DNA from: Squalus acanthias
Taxonomy: Eukaryota
DNA length: 64,000 nt
Assembly (NCBI GenBank): GCA_030390025.1
Contig: CM059432.1
Location: 9,858,001 to 9,922,000, forward strand
Direction of reading: 5' to 3'
Numbering within the stretch: the stretch's first letter is position 1; each line of letters starts with the position of its first letter. Below are positions 10,026 through 21,118 of the stretch, piece after piece. Made by a program: the position numbers and the translations under genes. The notes under the pieces were generated by a model, which was given only the letters and a program-made list of their open reading frames with translations, was not told the DNA's origin and made no database searches.

Positions 10026-12570
10026 CATAGAATCATAGAAATTTACAGCACAGAAGGAGGCCATTCGGCCCATCTTGTCCATGATGGCCGACAAAGAGCT
10101 AGCCAGTCTAATCCCACATTCCAGCAATTTGTCTGGAGCCCTGTAGGTTATGGCATTCAAGTGCATATTCATGTACTTTTCAATGTGATTAGGATTTCTA
10201 CCTCTACCACCCTTTCAAGCATTGAGTTCCAGACCCCCACTCATCCTCATGTTGAAAAGATTTCTCCTTAAATCTCCAACCAATTACTTTAAATCTATGC
10301 CCCCTGGTTATTGACCCTTCTGCTAAGGGAAATAGGTTCTTCCTATCTAGGCAACCTCATAATTTTATACACCTCAATTAGGTCTCCCCTCAGCCTTCTC
10401 TGTTCCAAAGGAAACAACCATAAGAACATAAGAAATAGGAGCAGGAGTAGGCCAATCGGCCCCTCGAGCCTGCTCCGCCATTCAATAAGATCATGGCTGA
10501 TCTGATCCTAACCGCCAATCTACTATCTATCACAGAACCATCTCCTGCATCTAACAGAATTGCACACACGAAATAGGAGCAGAATCAGGCTACACAGTCC
10601 CTGGGCCCGCTCCACTACCCACAGGGCCATGACCGATCCGAACCTAGACTCATGTCCAAATTCCTGCCCGCTCCCCGTAACCCTTAATGCCCTTTACTTC
10701 CAGGAAACTGTCTATTTCTGTTTTAAATTTAATTAATGTTGTAGCTTCTACAGCTTTTTGTGGCAGCATATTGCATGGACCTACCACCCTCTGAGTGAAG
10801 TAGTTCCTCCTCATCTCAGTTTTGAAAGAGCAGCCCCTTATTCTAAGACTATGTCCCCTAGTTCTCGTCTCACCCGTCATCGGGAACATCCTCCCCGCAT
10901 CCACCCGATCCAACCCCTTCACAATCTTATATGTTTCAATAAGATCGCCTCTCATTCTTCTGAACTCCAATGAGTAGAGTCCCAATCTACACAACCTCTC
11001 CTCATATGACCACCCCCTCATCCCCAGGATTAACCGAGTGAACCTTTTTTGCACTGCCTCGAGAGCAAGGATGTCTTTCCTTAAGTAAGGACACCAAAAC
11101 TGTATGCAGTATTCCAGGTGCGGTCTCACCAATACCTTGTACAACTGAAGCAATACCTCCCTATTTTTATATTCTATCCCCCTAGCAATGAAAGCCAACA
11201 TTCCATTTGCCTTCTTAATCACTTGCTGCACCTGCATACTAACCTTTTGAGTTTCGTGCACCAGGACCCCCAGATCCCTTTGCACTTCAGTACTCTCCAG
11301 TTTCTTGCCATTAAGATAATAAATTGCTCTAGGATTTTTCCTGCCAAAGTGCATCACCTCACACTTTCCAGTGTTGTATTCCATCTGCCAAATCTCTGCC
11401 CACTTACTTAGCCTGTCTATGTCCCCTTGCAGGTTTTTTATGTCCTCCTCACTCACTACTTTCCCTCCCATCTTTGTATCATCTGCAAATTTTGATATGT
11501 TACACTTGGTCCCTTCCTCCAAATCGTTAATATAGATTGTGAAGAGTTGGGGACCCAGCACTGACCCCTGTGGAACACCACTAGTTACTGATTGCCAGTC
11601 TGAGAATGAACCATTTATCCCAACTCTTTGCTTTCTGTTAGATAGCCAATCCTCTATCCATGCCAGAATATTACCCCCAATCCCGTGATTTTTTACCTTA
11701 AGCAATAATCTTTTGTGTGGCACCTTGTCAAATGCCTTTTGGAAGTCTAAATACACTACGTCCACTGGTTCCCCTTTATCCACTCTATATGTTACTTCCT
11801 CAAAGAACTCCAGCAAATTTGTCAAACATGACTTCCCCTTCGTAAAACCATGCTGACTTTGTCCTATTAAATTATGATTATCCAAATGTCCTGTTACTGT
11901 TTCCTTAATAATGGACTCCAAAATTTTACCTACCACAGATGTTAGGCTAACCGGTCTATAGTTACCAGCCTTCTGTCTACTGCCCTTTTTAAATAAGGGT
12001 GTTACATTAGCAGTTTTCCAGTCTGCCGGGACCTTAGCGGAATCCAGGGAGTTTTGAAAAATTATTACCAATGCATCTACAATCCCTACCGCCACTTCCT
12101 TCAAGACTCTAGGATGTAAGCCATCAGGTCCAGGTGATTTATCCGCCTTGAGTCCCATTATTTTACCGAGTACCACTTCCTTAGTGATTTTGATCGTGTT
12201 TAGCTCCTCTCCCCCTATAGCCCCCTGTTTGTCCAGTGTTGGGATATTCTTAGTGTCCTCTACTGTAAAGACTGATACAAAATATTCATTCAGTGTTTTT
12301 GCCATCTCCATATTTCCCACCATTAATTTCCCGGTCTCATCCTCTAAGGGACCAACATTTACTTTAGCCACCCTTTTTCTTTTTATATAACTATAAAAAC
12401 TCTTACTATCCAATCTTTCCTCAGAGCTAAAATTCCCCATCCAAGGCAACGTCCTCATAAATCTCCTCTGCACCCCCGCTAGTGCGATCACATCCTTCCT
12501 GTAATGTGGTGAGCAGAACTGTATGCAGTATGCTAGCTGCGGCCTAACTAGTGTTTTATGCAGTTCAAGC
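10026..12570 (-). mobile_element. Older CR1 3' fragment (duplicate of 4285-4836) split by a younger CR1
   Basis: 10026-10418 plus 12406-12570 reconstitute 4285-4836. Confidence 0.85.
10419..12405 (-). mobile_element. Young 5'-truncated CR1 LINE with uninterrupted RT frame (about 585 codons) and doubled 3' UTR
   Basis: ORF 10650..12491: [40 protein letters not shown], no stops; CATAAGAA-type tail; absent from the paralogous block at about 4690. Confidence 0.97.
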
Positions 12571-12720
12571 TTTCTGTTGCATGTTTTTTCAGTGCATGAC
12601 TTCCTTAATAAATTTGCAAACTTGTGACTTTGTTTTTAACAACTTTCTTTTGCCTGGTTCTCCTTAATCTTAGACTCGTAAAATTGTGTAAAATACCGCA
12701 AGAGAAGAAAAAAAACCATC

Positions 12721-12785
12721 TGCCGAAACCCGGGAGGGAACCCAGGACCTTCAGTCTCACGCTCTCCCAACTGAGCTATTTCGGC
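12721..12785 (-). pseudogene. tRNA-Phe-GAA: tRNA-Phe pseudogene with 8-nt anticodon-arm deletion
   Basis: GGACCTT|CAGTCTCAC. Confidence 0.85.
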
Positions 12786-12815
12786 GGATACCTTTAATAC
12801 ATTTCATAAAATGCA

Positions 12816-12889
12816 CGTCCCTGGGTGGGCTTGAACCACCAACCTTACGGTTAACAGCCTAACGCGCTAACCAATTGCGCCACAGAGAC
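12816..12889 (-). tRNA. tRNA-Asn-GTT: tRNA-Asn(GTT), full length, two anticodon-stem mismatches
   Basis: Reads GTCTCTGTGGCGCAATTGGTTAGCGCGTTAGGCTGTTAACCGTAAGGTTGGTGGTTCAAGCCCACCCAGGGACG. Confidence 0.88.
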
Positions 12890-13045
12890 CTTAGAACCTA
12901 TCTCTTTGACCAAGCTTTTAGTCATCTGCCCTAATTTCACCTTATGTGGCTCGGTGTCAAATTTTGTTGTATAACGCTCCTGTGAACGTTATACTTCGCT
13001 AAAGGCGCTATATAAATACAAGTTGTTGTTGTATATTAATGAGCC

Positions 13046-13535
13046 TGTCATTGAAACTGAAAACAATGACAATCTGGGACAATAAGGAGCCCGTTATCTC
13101 GTTTTGGAGTCTTCCTGTGGGCACTCATACATGAGATAGTGAGAGAAACTCTGCTCTTGCATTCCCAGCATAGGGTTGTCTGGTAGAAATTCACTCTTGG
13201 GACAGAGGTCGCCAGTATAATTGACAGATCTACTGGCCAATCCCTGGACAGGAAAGTCATGGGGAAATCTAAGAAACCTCCTGTCGCGGGAGAATACAAA
13301 ACTCACGGGTTGGAGGTCAGTTGGGGAAATACAATCTACTGAAGGAGGTCGGTAGGGACGAGGCCAGTTGACCTAAAGAAGGAATCCGAGCAGGTCCAGA
13401 GGAAACCTCAGCGTGATTCAGAGATAAAGTTGATCAAAAGAAAGTGCTACGTAGCCCACTGTGTATCAAAACCCTTTATAAATGTAAAAACCACGATTGA
13501 AAAATCACTACTCTGGAAATAGCCGTAGAATCTGA
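13046..13535. repeat. Unclassified, possibly LTR-derived segment (copy at about 5844-6090 lacks about 240 bp)
   Basis: Starts TGTCATTG; the shorter copy joins at a GAA microhomology; no CA end or TSD found. Confidence 0.35.
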
Positions 13536-14118
13536 AGTCTCTCCTCATAACTATAGTCCCTCATCTTTGGCATCATTCTTGAACTCAAGTTGATTTATTC
13601 TCCAGCTTGGTAATACTGAGGCCAATTGTAAGACCTTCACTTTGCCCCAGCTGAAAACAGCAAGCTCAGCACTGACTCGGGATTGAACCTGGGACCTCCT
13701 GGTCCATACCGTCATTAATGTCACCAGGTGAAGAAAGGTTTCCGGGCAAGTCCATGCCAGCGGACACTTGGGGCACCATCTCCTTTACAACAACAACTTG
13801 CCTTTAAGGTAGAAAAACATCCCAAGCTGCTTCACCAAAGCATAAGGACGAAAAATCGAGGCTGAGCCGAATGCAATGGGGAAAGAGCAGGGGGGCAGTG
13901 GGACTAATTGGAGAGCTCTTTCAAAGAGCCGGCACAGGCCAAATGGACTCCTGTGTGCTGTAAGATTCTATGAGAATGCTGGAAACAAGCAGCAAGTGAG
14001 GCATCATCTGTGGAGAGAGAAACAGATGAAAGCAAATAAAGCCAAGTAAAAGAGAGGCAAAATATACCAAGAAGAGTTCACTCTATGACAAAACTTATTT
14101 TAGTTATTATGCATGCCA

Positions 14119-14179
14119 GCCGAAATAGCTCAGTTGGGAGAGTGTTAGACTGAAGATCTAAAGGTCCCGGGTTTCGGCA
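14119..14179 (+). pseudogene. tRNA-Phe-GAA: tRNA-Phe pseudogene with 12-nt T-arm deletion
   Basis: CTAAAGGTCCC|GGGTTTCGGCA. Confidence 0.88.
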
Positions 14180-14549
14180 GTGGAGGTGGTCCTATTTTTG
14201 TGTCCCATTATCACCTCCCTTTGCCTTGCAGTATCATCACTTTTTCTGGCTTAATCACTCCTGCACTCCACTTTATCCCTTTGGGTTCCTAACTGTCTCC
14301 ATCCCTTTTTCATTCTTAGATAATAATCAATAATTATTAAAACATTAAGAGGCAAAGTTAAGGAAAGCTGCAAGAAAGAGAAAACTTGTGACTTTGCTGT
14401 TACAAACTTCCTGTTGCATGTTTTTTCAGTGCATGACTTCCTTAATAAATGTGAAAACTTGGAACTTTGTTTTTAACAAACTTTCTCTTGCCTGTTTCTC
14501 CTTAATCTGGACTCGTAAATTTGAATAAAAATACTGCAAGAGAAGCATC

Positions 14550-14622
14550 AGCTGAAACCCGGGATTGAACCAGGGACCTTTAGATCTTCAACCTCACGCA
14601 CTCCCAACTGAACAATTTTGGC
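14550..14622 (-). pseudogene. tRNA-Phe-GAA: tRNA-Phe(GAA), substituted paralog of 1967-2039
   Basis: Shares AGCTGAAACCC and GAACAATTTTGGC variants with the 1967 copy. Confidence 0.85.
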
Positions 14623-14652
14623 AGATTCTTCTGATACATTTAATAAAATCTG

Positions 14653-14682
14653 CGCCCCTGGGTGGGCTCGAACCACCAACCT
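14653..14682 (-). pseudogene. tRNA-Asn-GTT: tRNA-Asn 3' part only (array boundary)
   Basis: CGCCCCTGGGTGGGCTCGAACCACCAACCT followed by unrelated sequence. Confidence 0.7.
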
Positions 14683-15047
14683 CGAGTCCTTGAGTATTAG
14701 TGTTGAATTCACTGCCACCTCTCTTCCAGCAACGCCCACCTTGAAGAAGTTCTGCTCTTCTCTCCGACGGGATTTCCGTTTGTCTCTTTTACCTTGTTGC
14801 CCTTCATTGCTATCTGTTTCGATTCTCGTGTTTGATCAGGTATCTACCAAAACTCGCTTCCACAGCTTAAAACTGGTTGCATCCCTGACTTCTTCCAGTT
14901 CTGATGAAAGGTCATCCACCTGAAGCATTAACTCTGTCTCTCTCTCTCTCTCTCTCTCTCGCTGAGTAGTTCCGGCATTTTTCTGCTTTTATTACTTGAG
15001 TCCTTCAGCTGGGTTCGGCAGTAAAAGAAAGCAGTAGCTGTGAGCTT

Positions 15048-15520
15048 GTGTCAGCTGTGGCTCAGTGGGTAGCGCGCTCGCATCTGAGTCTAGAAGGTTG
15101 TGGGTTCAAGTCCCACTCCAGAGACTTGAGCACATAAAGCTAGGCTGACACCCCAGTGTCTTGCTGAGGGAGTGCTGCACTGTCAGAGGTGCCGTCTTTC
15201 GGATGAGATGTTAAACCGAGGCCCCGTCTGCTCTCTCAAGTGGATGTAAAAGATCCCGTGGCACTATTTTGAAGAAGAGCAGGGGAGTTATCCCCGGTGT
15301 CCTGGCCAATATTTCTCCCTCAACCAACATCACAAAAACAGATGATCTGGTCATTATCACGTTGCTGTTTGTGGGAGCTTGCTGTGCGCAAAATGGCTGC
15401 CACGTTTCCCACATTAAAGCAGTGACTCCACTTCAAATAGTACTTCATTGGCTGTAAAGCGCTTTGAGACGTCCCGTGGTCATGAAAGGTGCTATATAAA
15501 TGCAAGTCTTTTTTTCTTTC
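15048..15520 (+). mobile_element. Full-length tRNA-head Deu-domain SINE (SacSINE1-like) with L2-type tail
   Basis: A box TGGCTCAGTGG, B box GGTTCAAGTCC, central GGTGCCGTCTTTCGGATGAGATGTTAAACCGAGG...AAAGATCCC, tail GCTATATAAATGCAAGT. Confidence 0.88.
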
Positions 15521-15640
15521 TTACACAATGGACACATGTGATTGCACTCGTACTTTTAGTTCAGCTTGTACTCGGACTGTGTTTTTTACACTTCAGAGCA
15601 CTAAGAATCAAAATGTTGTTCCGCATGGTAGACACAACTT

Positions 15641-16330
15641 GGCCGGAATTTTAATTGGGGGTTGCTAGGAAACGAGTTTCCCGCAGGCCCGACCGAATTA
15701 AACGGCAAGGCCTGATTTGCATTTCAAGCCTCTGTTTCCCCACCCGCAGCCAGTCAGATGGAGAGGCGGGCAGGCTGGCTGTGGGCGGGTAGGCCTGCGG
15801 AGGAGAGGAGGGAGGGAGGGATCGGGTGAGGGGCCAGGACGGGGTGGTCGGGGGCTGGAGCATCGGGTGGTGGGGGGGGGGGCAGGAAAATCAAAGTCCA
15901 GAGCACCGGAGCATTGCCGGGGGGATGGGAGGGGGGGAGGGAGAGAAGCATTGGGGACCTCGTGGGGGGTGGGGGCGGGATCAGAGGCCTAGGGATGGTC
16001 TCCGATCGTGGGGGATGGGTGAGGCAGGAACGCTGGATCCAGGAGATAAATGTAAAGGCACTTACCTCCTGGATCCAGCAGTCCTCGCCTTCCATTAGCT
16101 GGCGGGTTCTCCGAGGCCTGCGAAACCCGACCAGCCACAGTTAAGTTAGTAATGCTGGTTAAATCCGAGGCACGCTGGCCTCATTATAATACCTAAATGG
16201 ATGACCCGCCTCCTGGGAGCAGGTTGGCTGCCCGCCCCCCCCTTCCCCACCTCCGTTAAAACCGGAGGACGGTGGGTTGGAGGCTGATTCTGGTCGGGAT
16301 TCAGTTTTGTAGCACTTTAACTTTCCACGC
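15641..16330. mobile_element. GC-rich non-autonomous Harbinger/MITE-like element; possible other end at 20400-20438
   Basis: GGCCGGAATTTTAA at 15641 versus TTAAAATTCAGGCC ending at 20438; no TSD confirmed. Confidence 0.5.
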
Positions 16331-16748
16331 GACCGAGCCACATAAGGAGATATTAGGGCAGGTGACCAAAAGCTCAGGCAAACAGCTAGGGGGGAGAAAT
16401 TCATTATCGCCCAGGAGTGGGCGCTAACTTTGGAAAAGTTTGAGAGTTAGCGCCAGGCGCTAATGAATCTCGCTGCACGCAAAATTCAGTGTCACCGCTC
16501 AAAGAAAGGATGGGAGCGCTAAATCTATCGCTGATGACCTCGCTCAGTGGCGTTAGACTCAAAGTGCTAAGTAATTTCAGGTGCAGTCTAATCGCTAGCC
16601 ATCATTCCCACAGGCTCTTTCCAGTTCTTAAAGGGGAGGTTCATTGATGCTGCAGAACCTCATTCTCAGCATTGCTGGTTCTGCAGCTGTCTCAGCAAGC
16701 AGCAGAAGGCCCAGGAGAAGGAACCGGACCACTGAAGGAGGTGTCATT

Positions 16749-18448
16749 ATGGGAGATCAATGGCTCAGGGAGAGCTCGCAGATTCTGCGACCAGGCATTG
16801 GCGGCATTGGTCTTTGCTGTGGAGAGATGGAGGGCAGTGCTGTATCCGTCAAGTAGCAGGAGGCCCTCGCCGCAAGTCTTCCGCACCATGTGGAGGGAGG
16901 TAGCCCAGCAGGTCTCGGGCAGCACTGTGGACCCCAGGACCCACACACAGTGCAGGAAGAAATTTAACAAACTCACTCGGGTGGTCAGGGTGAGTGAATG
17001 CTTCAACAAATGCTGCATACCATCATCTGAACCTCAGTCTGCACACACTGCCCAAAGCACCACATCCCCAGCACTCACCCACCAACAATCTCTACCTAGC
17101 AATACTCACACCCACATCTCACACCTTGCACACAATGAGAACTATTCAACCATGGGAGGCACATCACCCAGACACATTGCTCCACACTCACTCACACACT
17201 TTCCTTTCTCTTGCAGGCCATGGTGGCTCACAGCAGGAGGGAGCAGGAGCGCACAGACGGGGGACAAGCCGACACCCAACCACTGTCTGCGCTGGAAAAT
17301 AGAGTGCTGCAGATTATTGGGTGCCAGGTGGTGGGCGCCGTGGCCATCGGTGACGTTGACCCCCTTGGGGACAACAATGGTAGGTTCCTCTCTACTCCTT
17401 CTTCTCATATCCAACTTACCCCTCACCCCACAAGCGTTTCCCATTTTCCAGCTAAACATGCTGTCTCCATGCATTTCTCCCTTCCTGCCCCCCTCCCCTC
17501 ACCTTAACCCGACTCTTGCGCCTTTATGCTTTCAGATAATCAGCAAGCAGCTGAGCAGCCTGTCCCTGAGGGCACCGTAGAGAGCGAGGCGGGAGAAGAG
17601 GAGGAGGAAGAACACACCGTGTCACTGCATGTCTCACCCGCAGGCACCAGCTCAGACACTGGCACTGCGCGTTCTTTAGAGGCTAGTATAGTAGTGGGAT
17701 CTGCACAGTGTGAGGCACTGGGGATGAGTGGGCTGCTGCAAGGCTGGGGGAAAGGAAAGCTCAGGAGCCAGCTCCCCGGAGGGCGAGTTCGCGCACGAGT
17801 TCTGCTACACAGGTCTCTGATGAGGACCTTCAAGGGCAGGCCTTTAGAAGAAGGGTGATGGGCATGCACACGGTGATGATAGGTGCAATGGCAAGGGTGC
17901 CCGAGAGCCTCTCGGTAATCGATTCTCAGACTGCTCTCATGCAGTCTCAGCTTGATGCCATGCAAGCTCTGACTGTTGCCATCGTGGCTGGGTCTACCAC
18001 CGTCGACCGGGGCTTTCACGGAGTCGCAGCAGGCCAGCAATCTGTGCTCCAACAGAGTGCTAGGGATGCTGAGGTGCTGCCCTGGGGGAGTGGCAGTGGG
18101 TCAGTGGAGCAGGAACCTGCTGTCCTCTCTCAGGAGGACAGCATTCCTGCTCCCACCACTGCCACTCCGCCATTGCCCTTGTCGCTGCCTGTCATCCAGC
18201 CAGCCCAGACTGCTGCCGCCCATGCTGAGGTGGTGCAGTCTACAGCCAGGCCTTCCAGGCCCAGAGCTGGTCGAGGGCGTCCTGCAAGGCCATCTGAAGT
18301 CTCCCGCACGGACACTCAGCAGCCTTCCACCAGACGTGCTGCAGCCACTGGGCCAACACTTCGTAGGAGCACTAGAGTAGGCAAAGGCACTGTAACGAGA
18401 GGAACTGAGGGATTGCACAAGGGTGAACAGTTAATATTGTTGTTTTAA
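16749..18448 (+). pseudogene. Harbinger Myb/SANT-like DNA-binding gene, 3 exons (16749-16989, 17217-17379, 17536-18448), frameshifted
   Basis: RARRF...LY...WREVAQQV...RT..QCRKKFN motif. GTGAGT/TTGCAG and GTAGGT/TTTCAG introns join in phase 0 and phase 1. Frameshifts near 16772 and about 17750. Confidence 0.85.
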
Positions 18449-18595
18449 ATATGTGCTCACTGATTATTGATAAATGTATTAATTGGCTTTGGATGGTTTT
18501 GTGGTGTCTCTCATTTCAGCTTTACGTTGTGATATGGCCTGCGACAGGGATGGAATGATGCAGATGTGGTGAGCAACGGGGATCTGGGGTTTAAT

Positions 18596-19498
18596 TTATT
18601 GGAACTGCAGTCTGATGAGGCGATCACGAACCGCCCTTCCAGAAGCCCGATTGAATGGCTGCCTCCTCCCTCGCTCCTGTTCCTCCTCCTCCTCCTCCTC
18701 CTCGTCTTCCTCCTCCTCCTCTCCCTCTTCCTCCTCCTGAGGTGATCCCGCAATCCCTGGTGGCGATGGCTGGGCCCTCATGATGGCCATGTTGTGGAGC
18801 ATGCAGCAGAGCACGACAAAATGGGACACCCGCTCAGCCGAGTACTGGAGGATTCCTCCCGAACGGTCAAGGCAGCGGAATCATTGCTTGAGCCCCCCAA
18901 TGGTCTGCTTGATGATGTTCTTAGTGACGGCATGGCTCTCATTGTATGAGTGCTGGGCAGGAGTGTCGGGGTTGTGGAGGGGAGTCATGAGCCAGGTGGA
19001 GAGCGGATAGCCCTTGTCTCCGAGCAGCCAGCCGCGAGCTTGATGTGGTGGCTGGAAGAGTGCTGGCACACCGGTCTGGTGCAGGATGAAGGCATCGTGG
19101 CTGCTGCCAGGATAGCGGGCATTCACATTGAGGATTCGCTGTCTGTGGTCGCACAGCAACTGCACATTAAGTGAGTGGTGGCCTTTGTGGTTATGGAAGA
19201 TGTCAGGATTGTTATGCAGTGCCCGGAAAACGACATGGGTGCAGTCAATGGCGCCCTGCACCATGGTGAATCCCGCTATCCTAGCAAAGCCACATGCACG
19301 CTCGTCCTGCTTCTCTCTGGTGATGGGGAAGGAAATGTAGTCCCTTCTCCAACTGTAGAGAGCCTCTGTGACCTCTCGGATGCAACGATGGACGGCGAAC
19401 TGTGAGATATTCGCTATGTCTCCTGTTGCAGATGGAAGGAATCGCTGGCGAAGAAATTGAGGGCGACGGTGACCTTGACTGCCACTGAGAGAGCCGTG
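18596..19498 (-). pseudogene. Harbinger DDE transposase (HARBI1-like), N-terminus deleted, inactive
   Basis: ALSVAVKVTVALNFFA, GAIDCTH, YPGSSHD, GDKGY, CCMLHN. Third catalytic E reads K (IIKQTIG); TGA at 18881-18883; frameshift near 19432. Confidence 0.93.
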
Positions 19499-19769
19499 GC
19501 CAGGCGCTAACAGGAGGTGCTGAGCAACTGAGTTTCTCCCCTTAGGTTTTAAGGAGCATCTTAAAGGAGGAGAGAGGCGGAGTAGGGAGGGAATTCCAGA
19601 GCTTAGGGCCTTGGCAGCTGAAGGCTCGGCCGCCAATGGTGGAGCGAATAAAATAGACGATGAGCAAGATAATATAATATGCTTGATAATCTATACCATA
19701 CTGAAAAGTACAATTGGCTACTGATTTGTGCCATGTTGGGGTATCAATAAACTCTCATATCCCCAAAAT

Positions 19770-20178
19770 GAAACTCGTAAATCTGCAAAAACCGGGGACT
19801 TTTTCCCTCGGTCCCCGGCAGCGACCCACTGCCACCTGGTATTATAACTCCCGTCCACCAGCCAGCTGCCAATTCCTGTCGGCATCGCGAAGGATACTGA
19901 GTAGGGACCTGCCCCATATAAAGAGTTGAGGCCTCCCCTGCTGTGATCTCGCTCCCTGCTCCCCAGTTCTCCTCCTCACCCCCCCCCCCACCCCCATCGC
20001 CGCAGAGCCCCCGCGGAGCAGCCGATCCCACCGCTTACCCGCTGTGGCCGGGCAGCAGCAGAATCTTCTACCGTGTCCCGCCTGCCTGCAACAGGTCAGA
20101 GGTTGCCTGGCGGGGTTGAACCTCGGCCGGGTCATATTCCGCCGCGGCGGGAGGGGAACGACCTTGCCGGCACAATTT
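19770..20178. repeat. CpG-rich MITE-like segment, unclassified
   Basis: GC/CpG-rich like the other Harbinger MITEs here; termini not resolved. Confidence 0.3.
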
Positions 20179-20399
20179 ATAAGAACATAAGAAATAGGAG
20201 CAGGAACAGACCATTCAGCCCCTCGAGCCTGCTCCGCCATTTAATGAGATCATGGCTGATCCGATTTTGGCCTCAATTCTTGCCCGCCCCCCATAACCCT
20301 TGACTCCCTGTTGCTCAAAAATCTGTCTATCTCAGCCTTGAATATATTCAATGACTCAGCTTCCACAGATCTCTGGGGTAAAGAATTCCAAATATTCAC
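20179..20399 (-). mobile_element. CR1 3' end
   Basis: ATAAGAACATAAGAAATAGGAGCAGG tail and 3' UTR. Confidence 0.88.
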
Positions 20400-20485
20400 T
20401 TCCCACCAGAAACCCTGCCAGCAGTTAAAATTCAGGCCACTGTTGTGTGCATATCCTTGGTTTCCAAAGAAATCTCCTCAATTGA

Positions 20486-20971
20486 TGGATCCAACAACAC
20501 TCAAGAAGCTCGACACCATCCAGGACAAAGCAGCCCGCTTGATTGGCACCCCATCCACCACCTTAAACATTCACTCCCTCCACCACCGGCGTACCGTGGC
20601 TGCAGTGTATACCATCGACAAGATGCACTGCAGCAACTCGCCAAGGCTACTTCGGCAGCACCTCCCAAACCTGTGACCTCTTCCACCTAGAAGGACAAGG
20701 GCAGCAGGCGCATGGGAACACCACCACCTCCAAGTTCCCCTCCAAGTCACACACCATCCTGACTTGGAAATATATCGCCGTTCCTTCGTCGTCGCTGGGT
20801 CAAAATCCTGGAACTCCCTCCCTAACAGCACTGTGGGAGTACCATCACCACACGGACTGCAGCAGTTCAAGAAGGCGGCTCACCACCACCTTCTCAAGGG
20901 CAATTAGGGATGGGCAATAAATGCTGGCCTTGCCAGTGATGCCCACATCCCAGGAATGAATTTAAAAAAAA
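20486..20971 (+). mobile_element. Non-LTR retrotransposon 3' end (CR1/L2 group, 'DKAARLIG' family)
   Basis: LKKLDTIQDKAARLIG...SLHHRRTVA post-RT motif; A-rich tail; other copies at 57820 and 63330. Confidence 0.8.
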
Positions 20972-21118
20972 ATCTGAGTGACAGATGTGTTAGAAAGGTT
21001 GAGCGTTTCTGCTGTCAGGCCTCACACAGAATGATGTTGGTACCACTGATGGCTTCTATGTCGATGAAGCACTGCGTCTAGACATGTCAGGTCTCCTGTT
21101 TACTCCCTAGCTTCTGAT

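Larger units (their letters stand above)
1473..14682. repeat. Tandem/inverted segmental duplication carrying a tRNA-Phe/tRNA-Asn array (units start near 1473, 6626 and 14072)
   Basis: AGTTCACTCTATGAC followed by Phe(+) occurs three times. 1812-5156 matches 7567-12889; 5690-6660 matches 12891-14100; 1473-2100 matches 14072-14682. Confidence 0.9.
16390..19542. mobile_element. PIF/Harbinger DNA transposon, internally deleted, inserted into an L2 fragment
   Basis: TIRs GGGGGAGAAATTC / GAGTTTCTCCCCT; TSD TAG at 16387-16389 and 19543-19545; L2 sequence continues across the site. Confidence 0.92.

Noticed and set aside
10650..12491. 613-aa ORF as a host gene or complete ORF2
   Set aside because: The first ~28 residues come from the older host CR1; the element is 5'-truncated and lacks the endonuclease.
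1473..14682. Repeat-spacer pattern as a CRISPR-like array
   Set aside because: The repeats are eukaryotic tRNA genes, the spacers are themselves duplicated, and there are no cas genes.
14896..14935. Functional hammerhead at CTGATGAAAGGTCATCCACCTGAAGCATT
   Set aside because: GAAA core and stem II are mutated; decayed family B Penelope fragment.
15048..15120. SINE heads (also near 21500, 29335, 56290 and 61010) as tRNA genes
   Set aside because: A/B boxes continue into SINE body and tail; no complete cloverleaf.
18511..18753. Arg-rich protamine-like 80-aa ORF
   Set aside because: Alternative frame of the (GAG)n poly-Glu tail of the transposase.
18596..19636. Domesticated HARBI1 gene
   Set aside because: Flanked by TIRs and TSD, with a stop, a frameshift and a mutated catalytic residue; the annotated ORF start lies in L2 sequence.
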